This document shows positions 59,130 to 64,000 of a DNA stretch of 64,000 bases, piece after piece. The stretch is from IMG/VR virus record IMGVR_UViG_3300042888_001738, positions 65,812 to 129,811 of that record. One strand, given 5' to 3'. The notes beneath the pieces were generated by a model. The model searched no databases, was not told the origin of the DNA, and was given only the letters and a program-made list of their open reading frames with translations. Positions within the stretch are counted from its first letter, which is position 1; every line of letters begins with the position of its first letter. A program made the position numbers and the translations under genes. This DNA is from a virus.

Positions 59130-59531
59130 ATGAAAATAATCATTACAGAATCACAACTTAGTCTCCTTAAAGAAAGTTCAATTGTTGATATGGATCTTCA
59201 GGAACTATATGATAGGGCTTTGAAATTAAAGAAGGTGGTTACCAGAATGATTAAAAAAGAATTGGAGGATTATTATTGGTTTGATGATTTACAGGTTGAT
59301 ATTGATAGAGATTGGGGAGGTCTTCCTGTTTACAATTTTATACTCAAAATAAATTTATCAATACCTAACGATGAATTTTATAGTAAAAAATTAGGTAAAG
59401 AACTCCATGATAAAATAGGTGATGTCTTTAGTGAATATTTCCCACATGTCAATAAACATACTCAATATAATTTGACAGGTACTTGGGCGGGGTTTATCCA
59501 AGACAATGAACTCTTTACAATTATTATTTAA
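59130..59531 (+). CDS. MKIIITESQ-leader hypothetical protein
   Basis: MKIIITESQLSLLKE; TATTTAT at 59118-59124. Confidence 0.8.
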   Translation: MKIIITESQLSLLKESSIVDMDLQELYDRALKLKKVVTRMIKKELEDYYWFDDLQVDIDRDWGGLPVYNFILKINLSIPNDEFYSKKLGKELHDKIGDVFSEYFPHVNKHTQYNLTGTWAGFIQDNELFTIII

Positions 59532-59546
59532 GACTATTTATTCAAT

Positions 59547-59921
59547 ATGAAATTCCTAATCACTCAAGAACAATTTGATTTATTGAACGAAGTTTATAGA
59601 AGAGATCGTTTTGATGCTGAGTATAGTGACGAATACCCAAAGTATAAAAGTATGTTTATAAAGACCTTGAAAAAGGACGTTACATCTTGGGGTGAAGCTC
59701 ATGGATCGATATATCTAATGGGTTCGGAGGGTCAAGCTCTATTTGCGTACAGAAAAGGATCTAAAACTTTATATTATGATTATTCCATTGATCGTGAAAT
59801 GGAAGACGTGATTCCTAATCATATAGTATCAAGACATTTAAAGAACGCAGTATACGACTACTTCAAAGGACTATTTCCTGATGTAGAAATAAAAGAAGTA
59901 AGTGGTGCAAATATTGGTTAG
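59547..59921 (+). CDS. MKIIITESQ-type leader hypothetical protein
   Basis: MKFLITQEQFDLLNE; TATTTAT at 59535-59541. Confidence 0.8.
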   Translation: MKFLITQEQFDLLNEVYRRDRFDAEYSDEYPKYKSMFIKTLKKDVTSWGEAHGSIYLMGSEGQALFAYRKGSKTLYYDYSIDREMEDVIPNHIVSRHLKNAVYDYFKGLFPDVEIKEVSGANIG

Positions 59922-59923
59922 TT

Positions 59924-60478
59924 ATGAAAATAATAATATCTGATAACCAATATAGTCTTTTAAAAGAATCAATTAATCTTAAAAATATTGAGGGAATTAA
60001 AAAGTATTGGAGAAACCAACAAAAAAAAGGTGAACAAATTAGATTTAGTAAAGAAGAATTGGAATTTTGGGGTATCACTAAAAGACAAGAAAAATTTTAT
60101 GCTCAAGCCGCATTTCGAGAATTAGTTGGGGATGAAGTATTTACTAAAAAATTTATTAAACAATTAATTGGTAAAACATTTTCAACAAAAGACTTTAATG
60201 AAAAAATTGTTGGTGGATATGATTTTGAGTGGGTAATCACTGATATGGAATATAGAGATTATGATTTTTATTTATATGGAAAAACATTACCGGGAGGAAC
60301 TGTTACTCTTATGGATGGTAGACACTTATCGTTAAATGAAGCGATAAAAGATGAAGATATAGGTTGGGAAATCAAAGAGGAAATAAAAGACGCTGTTTTA
60401 GAGTGTATGGATGACATAATTTTACCGGTAACAGGAAATGAAATAATATCAATAGATTTAAAAATATCTAAAGAATGA
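59924..60478 (+). CDS. MKIIITESQ-type leader hypothetical protein
   Basis: MKIIISDNQYSLLKE; likely paralog of the next gene. Confidence 0.8.
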   Translation: MKIIISDNQYSLLKESINLKNIEGIKKYWRNQQKKGEQIRFSKEELEFWGITKRQEKFYAQAAFRELVGDEVFTKKFIKQLIGKTFSTKDFNEKIVGGYDFEWVITDMEYRDYDFYLYGKTLPGGTVTLMDGRHLSLNEAIKDEDIGWEIKEEIKDAVLECMDDIILPVTGNEIISIDLKISKE

Positions 60479-61062
60479 AAATAATAATTACAGAATCACA
60501 ATATAGTATGTTATCTGAGGAAAACCTTAGAAAATTTTGTTATGCGGTTTGGGATAAACAAAAAAAGAAAGGTGAAGAACCCCATATGGATGATGTAATT
60601 TATGACGTGACTGGTATTAGAAAAAATAGTACGGATGACTTTGAAATTATTAGACCAATTTGGTATGAATATAATGGAGGTTTTATGAACATCTTTAAAA
60701 GAATGAAAAATGAAATCGAAGGAAAAACTTTCCAAATAGTAGATGGTTTTGGAAACCTAAACACAAAAATCAAAATTTATGATCTTGAACCGTATGGTAC
60801 GGAGGATAGTGGTAGAGGTGTTGAGATTTTAACACACGTCGACGAACAAGGGACTATGGATTTTTTTATGTATGAAGAAGGTACTGATAATGAAATAGAG
60901 GTGAATGATACCATAGAAGCGGCATATGTTGAAGCGCTAGCCAATTATGAAAGTAGTGATCTTTTTGGTTATTTAAGAGGTGAGGTTTTTACTTTCCTTC
61001 TTGACAAATTAGAAAAATATGGTATTCCAATTGATGTGGATGTTGATCTAAAAGAATTTTAA
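60475..61062 (+). CDS. MKIIITESQ-leader hypothetical protein
   Basis: MKIIITESQYSMLSE; shares W..Q.KKGE and GKTF with the previous gene. Confidence 0.8.
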   Translation: MKIIITESQYSMLSEENLRKFCYAVWDKQKKKGEEPHMDDVIYDVTGIRKNSTDDFEIIRPIWYEYNGGFMNIFKRMKNEIEGKTFQIVDGFGNLNTKIKIYDLEPYGTEDSGRGVEILTHVDEQGTMDFFMYEEGTDNEIEVNDTIEAAYVEALANYESSDLFGYLRGEVFTFLLDKLEKYGIPIDVDVDLKEF

Positions 61063-61081
61063 TTTTATATTTATTATCACT

Positions 61082-61318
61082 ATGGGACCGATCGAAAAAA
61101 AAATCTTTGAATTATTAAAAACTGAAGGACTTTCTGAAGAAACTGTGACTACTCTAACTATGATTAAAAATCAAGTTAGAGAAGATGAAAAACTAATTGT
61201 TAATGAAGCCTATCAGAAAGGTTACCATGATAAAGAAATGAGTCGTAGACCCACTTGGAATTACTTTGATAGTAAGTACAAATCTTTTTTTACAAATTTC
61301 AGAGTTGGCCAATTGTAA
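61082..61318 (+). CDS. hypothetical protein (78 aa)
   Basis: TATTTAT at 61068-61074. Confidence 0.7.
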   Translation: MGPIEKKIFELLKTEGLSEETVTTLTMIKNQVREDEKLIVNEAYQKGYHDKEMSRRPTWNYFDSKYKSFFTNFRVGQL

Positions 61319-61327
61319 AATTTTTCG

Positions 61328-61335
61328 TATCTTTG
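61328..61335 (+). promoter_or_regulatory. Bacteroidota-type -7 element TATCTTTG; probably leaderless
   Basis: TTG at 61305-61307, 20-nt spacer, ATG 4 nt after the motif. Confidence 0.7.
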
Positions 61336-61339
61336 CAAT

Positions 61340-61624
61340 ATGGAAGACTTAAACAAACTTGAATTACCTGAAATAAAATCACTTTGTAAAGAATACGGAA
61401 TTGGCACCGTAGGTGATAAAAAAACTTTAATTAAAAAACTTAAATATTTCTTGGACCCTGTTGAAGATGTATTGAACGCACATCCTGGTCGTAAATTACA
61501 AAAAGACCAAAAAATCTTAGGTATTAAAGTATCTGATCAAGAGAAAATTAACGCAACCTTAAAACGTAAAGGACAGTTTTTGTATTATTCTTTAGGTCAT
61601 CACTATTATTTGGTAACAGAATAA
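61340..61624 (+). CDS. SAP/HeH-domain putative DNA-binding protein
   Basis: LNKLELPEIKSLCKEYGIGTVGDKKTLIKKL fits the SAP consensus. Confidence 0.65.
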   Translation: MEDLNKLELPEIKSLCKEYGIGTVGDKKTLIKKLKYFLDPVEDVLNAHPGRKLQKDQKILGIKVSDQEKINATLKRKGQFLYYSLGHHYYLVTE

Positions 61625-61656
61625 TAAAACAGGATATTTATTAAATAAAAAAAACT

Positions 61657-61959
61657 ATGAAGAAAACTATTAATGAGGAACTTCAGGAAATCAAGTTTAT
61701 GTTTAAATACAAACCTGGTATTGTATTATCTGAACAAGTTGAAGATGAAGATGTTGATTTTGATATGATGGACGTTGAAATGGACGAACAAAGGGAGGTT
61801 CAAATACCTGTTAGACCGGATGTTGATACGCCAACGAAACCAAAGAAACCAGGAACACCATACCGTCCTAAACCAGGACCTAAGAAAGCACCTAAAGCTG
61901 AGAAGGGAGAAATGCCGTCTTGGTTAACGTTTGATGAACTTGGAATTGAATTTGAATAA
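61657..61959 (+). CDS. small protein with INEEL..IK.M..Y...LSE leader and a Pro/Lys-rich tail
   Basis: TATTTAT at 61635-61641. Confidence 0.75.
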   Translation: MKKTINEELQEIKFMFKYKPGIVLSEQVEDEDVDFDMMDVEMDEQREVQIPVRPDVDTPTKPKKPGTPYRPKPGPKKAPKAEKGEMPSWLTFDELGIEFE

Positions 61960-61960
61960 T

Positions 61961-63196
61961 ATGAAAAATATGCACAAGAAACTCTATACTGAAGGAATTT
62001 CAAAAAAAGACTTTTTGAAGTTAACCGAAGCACCTATTGATTACGAAGGACCTGAAAGAATGGAACCGGGTATTGAAAGAAAAATCACAGGTAAAGAAAC
62101 ACCTTATCATAATTTCCCCGCAATCCCTGAAATGGACCGAGATTTTATTGAGTTGATCTCTTCAAAAAGATTTAAAGACTCGGTTGATAAAGTTAGAATG
62201 GCTATGGGTAACACAAGAGCAATTCAAGGAGATAACCCACTTATGAGTTTGATGATGACCGTAATGGGATCCATGAGAGAACTTATTATGATCCAAATGC
62301 AAAATAAGAAAGCTCTTGAAGATTTAGCGGTTGAATTAGTTAGAAATGAAATGGGTATTCCTGAAGACGCAATGCAATTCAAGGCAGAACTTGTAATGCA
62401 ACCTATGGGTCCTGCACCAGGAATGCAAGAAGAGCCTGAAATGCCGAGTGAAGAAGAAATCGAAGAATTCATGGGAGATGTGGAACAGTTCAATCTTGAA
62501 AGAGCGAAAAGACGTTTCATTAATTCATTAATACAAGGTGCGGCATTTAAAGGTGGTCACATGTTTAATTTGGTTAGAAACGAAATTAACAACATTAATC
62601 CACGTTTAATGGATCTCTATACGACTTCACAAGCTCTTATGGAACACGCTTATTGGTTATATCCTGATATGGAACAAATGGCTGGTGGTGGCGGTGGTCA
62701 AATGGGACAATCTGAAGTTGATGAAGAAACAGATCCACCAACAGTAAAAGGTAAAGCTGTGACGTTCCCATTACTTGTTCATGAGTTAGTTAAAGGTGTT
62801 TACGAGGTGTTTGGAACACACGGACTACCTGACGACCCAAGACAACAGGAAATGATCTTAAAAGCTGAAGATACATTACCCTCTGAGGTTTGGGATTCTC
62901 GTTTAGGACCAATTTTTTGGGAAAAATTTGTTGCAACTTATCCTATGGAATTATTCGATGAGGATATGAAGCAAATCCAACACTACCTGTTTATGAGATT
63001 TTCATCACTAAGTGCTGAAGAGTTCATGAGAGTGGCAAAAATGATATTGAGTGGTGATCCAAAAGGTAATAAGTTTATTCAAGATATGGTAAACGACATA
63101 GTTCGTGAATTAAAAGATCAAGAATATAAAGATGCGATGGGTTACGAAGACGATGATGATTTAGGTGGAGTAGATTTTAGTGATTTAGGACTTTAA
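61961..63196 (+). CDS. hypothetical protein (Met/Glu-rich) with an HELxKG motif
   Basis: ATG at 61961 preferred over TTG at 61931; KRRFINSLIQG and FPLLVHELVKGVYE segments. Confidence 0.8.
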   Translation: MKNMHKKLYTEGISKKDFLKLTEAPIDYEGPERMEPGIERKITGKETPYHNFPAIPEMDRDFIELISSKRFKDSVDKVRMAMGNTRAIQGDNPLMSLMMTVMGSMRELIMIQMQNKKALEDLAVELVRNEMGIPEDAMQFKAELVMQPMGPAPGMQEEPEMPSEEEIEEFMGDVEQFNLERAKRRFINSLIQGAAFKGGHMFNLVRNEINNINPRLMDLYTTSQALMEHAYWLYPDMEQMAGGGGGQMGQSEVDEETDPPTVKGKAVTFPLLVHELVKGVYEVFGTHGLPDDPRQQEMILKAEDTLPSEVWDSRLGPIFWEKFVATYPMELFDEDMKQIQHYLFMRFSSLSAEEFMRVAKMILSGDPKGNKFIQDMVNDIVRELKDQEYKDAMGYEDDDDLGGVDFSDLGL

Positions 63197-63198
63197 TT

Positions 63199-63227
63199 TT
63201 GACACAGAATCATAAAACCATTATACT
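63199..63227 (+). promoter_or_regulatory. sigma70-consensus promoter TTGACA-N17-TATACT; probably leaderless
   Basis: TTGACA at 63199-63204, TATACT at 63222-63227, ATG 6 nt later. Confidence 0.8.
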
Positions 63228-63233
63228 TGTTTT

Positions 63234-63530
63234 ATGAAGAATATTGATTGTGAAATATACATTAGTCAGGTAATATCTTTTTTTGAGAACAACCCAAATG
63301 ACCTAATGGACTTGATAGGAGAAGTACAAAGAAATGACTTCTATCAAAAGTTGAGAGAGAGATGTGAAAAGAATGTTGATGATGGTGAGGACTATGTTCT
63401 TACAAGAACGCAAATGATAAACATAGTTCTTGAACTCAAAGCACCGGAACTAATTAAACCACAAAATATAGAATCCGTAGTTGAAGGATTTGTTATGAAA
63501 ACAAAATGGGGTGAAATAATTTTAAATTGA
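63234..63530 (+). CDS. hypothetical protein (98 aa)
   Basis: Has its own promoter and terminator. Confidence 0.8.
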   Translation: MKNIDCEIYISQVISFFENNPNDLMDLIGEVQRNDFYQKLRERCEKNVDDGEDYVLTRTQMINIVLELKAPELIKPQNIESVVEGFVMKTKWGEIILN

Positions 63531-63550
63531 TCGTCAGAATACGATAAATT

Positions 63551-63582
63551 AAACCACAGTCAGAAAACTGTGGTTTTTTTTT
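63551..63582 (+). terminator. intrinsic terminator
   Basis: AAACCACAGT/ACTGTGGTTT hairpin followed by a T-run. Confidence 0.85.
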
Positions 63583-63614
63583 CTTAGATCTTTTGGTATT
63601 TATGAAATATTATA

Positions 63615-63622
63615 TATCTTTG
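63615..63622 (+). promoter_or_regulatory. Bacteroidota-type -7 element TATCTTTG
   Basis: After the terminator, upstream of small ORFs. Confidence 0.6.
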
Positions 63623-63645
63623 TAATGTCTAAAACGGGAAACGAA

Positions 63646-63762
63646 ATGAAAACTATTGAAATCACAATCCAAGAAATCTGGCAAGCAACTAGACCTATTG
63701 TGCAGAAAAGTAAGAAATCTTATACTCGTAAACAAAAACACAAAAACAAACAAAACCAATAA
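63646..63762 (+). CDS. 38-aa basic peptide with an ArfA-like KKSYTRKQKHK motif
   Basis: Not in the ORF track; MKTIEITIQEIWQATRPIVQKSKKSYTRKQKHKNKQNQ; alternative in-frame ATG at 63625. Confidence 0.6.
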   Translation: MKTIEITIQEIWQATRPIVQKSKKSYTRKQKHKNKQNQ

Positions 63763-63765
63763 TAT

Positions 63766-64000
63766 ATGATCTACACACCAGAACTTATTAAATCAATTGC
63801 ACCAGCAGTATTCGCAACAGCACCATCTCCAAAGATGACAAACAAGTATGAGTTTGTCCCTACTCACGAGATAATGGATATGTTTGACCGTCAGGGTTGG
63901 CAACTATCATCAGTAAAACAAACAGGTAAAGGTGTTCACAATGTCCACGAGTTGAAATACAGAAACGGACAATTACCTAAAGTTGGTGACTCTGTTGTTG
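63766..64000 (+). CDS. DUF932/DUF945-family protein (partial, runs off the window)
   Basis: IAPAVFA...TNKYEFVPT.EI...F...GW matches the family N-terminus. Confidence 0.7.
   Translation, partial: MIYTPELIKSIAPAVFATAPSPKMTNKYEFVPTHEIMDMFDRQGWQLSSVKQTGKGVHNVHELKYRNGQLPKVGDSVV

Noticed and set aside
62770-62810. Zinc metalloprotease HExxH motif in 61961..63196
   Set aside because: The sequence is HELVK, lacking the second His, so protease activity is not supported.
1-64000. Stop-codon reassignment, as in some Bacteroidota phages
   Set aside because: Genes are full length in code 11, and TAG (recA, exonuclease, gp6-like) and TGA act as normal stops at expected ends.
1-64000. tRNA, rRNA or large ncRNA genes
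   Set aside because: Intergenic gaps are short and explained by terminators, promoters or small ORFs; no cloverleaf was recognised by eye (tRNAscan/Infernal not run).

Overview
The window is an AT-rich, gene-dense, mostly plus-strand segment of a large myovirus-like (probable jumbo) phage genome read in the standard bacterial code. A Bacteroidota (Flavobacterium-like) host is inferred from TAnnTTTG promoter motifs, near-absent Shine-Dalgarno sequences, a Bacteroidota-type sigma70, an Hc1 histone-like peptide and SprB-type repeats. In order, it holds: (1) a replication and recombination block (gp32-like SSB, RecA/UvsX, 5'-3' exonuclease, DnaB helicase, nrdB-nrdA); (2) a ~28 kb baseplate and tail-appendage block (gp25-, gp6/J- and gp7-like genes, a 1859-aa protein with a central hydrophobic segment, SprB-repeat proteins, a Pro-free Gly-Thr-Ser collagen-like fibre with an S74 chaperone, Pro/Thr mucin-like proteins); (3) RuvC, primase, a PD-(D/E)xK nuclease, an unusually split SbcD/SbcC pair and a sigma factor; (4) a candidate lysis cluster, DnaJ, a Dam-family methylase and many hypothetical proteins. 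Three candidate systems stand out. First, a glycosyltransferase resembling plant peptidyl-serine O-galactosyltransferase/HPAT (GT96/GT95) lies directly beside the Ser/Thr-rich fibre genes, suggesting phage-encoded O-glycosylation of the virion. Second, many unrelated proteins share an N-terminal 'MKIIITESQ...L-x-E' leader and a TATTTAT promoter, suggesting protease-cleaved capsid-packaged cargo, including an LRR protein. Third, three promoter classes suggest a host-sigma, phage-sigma and late transcription cascade. All family assignments come from motif recognition by eye; no database searches were run.
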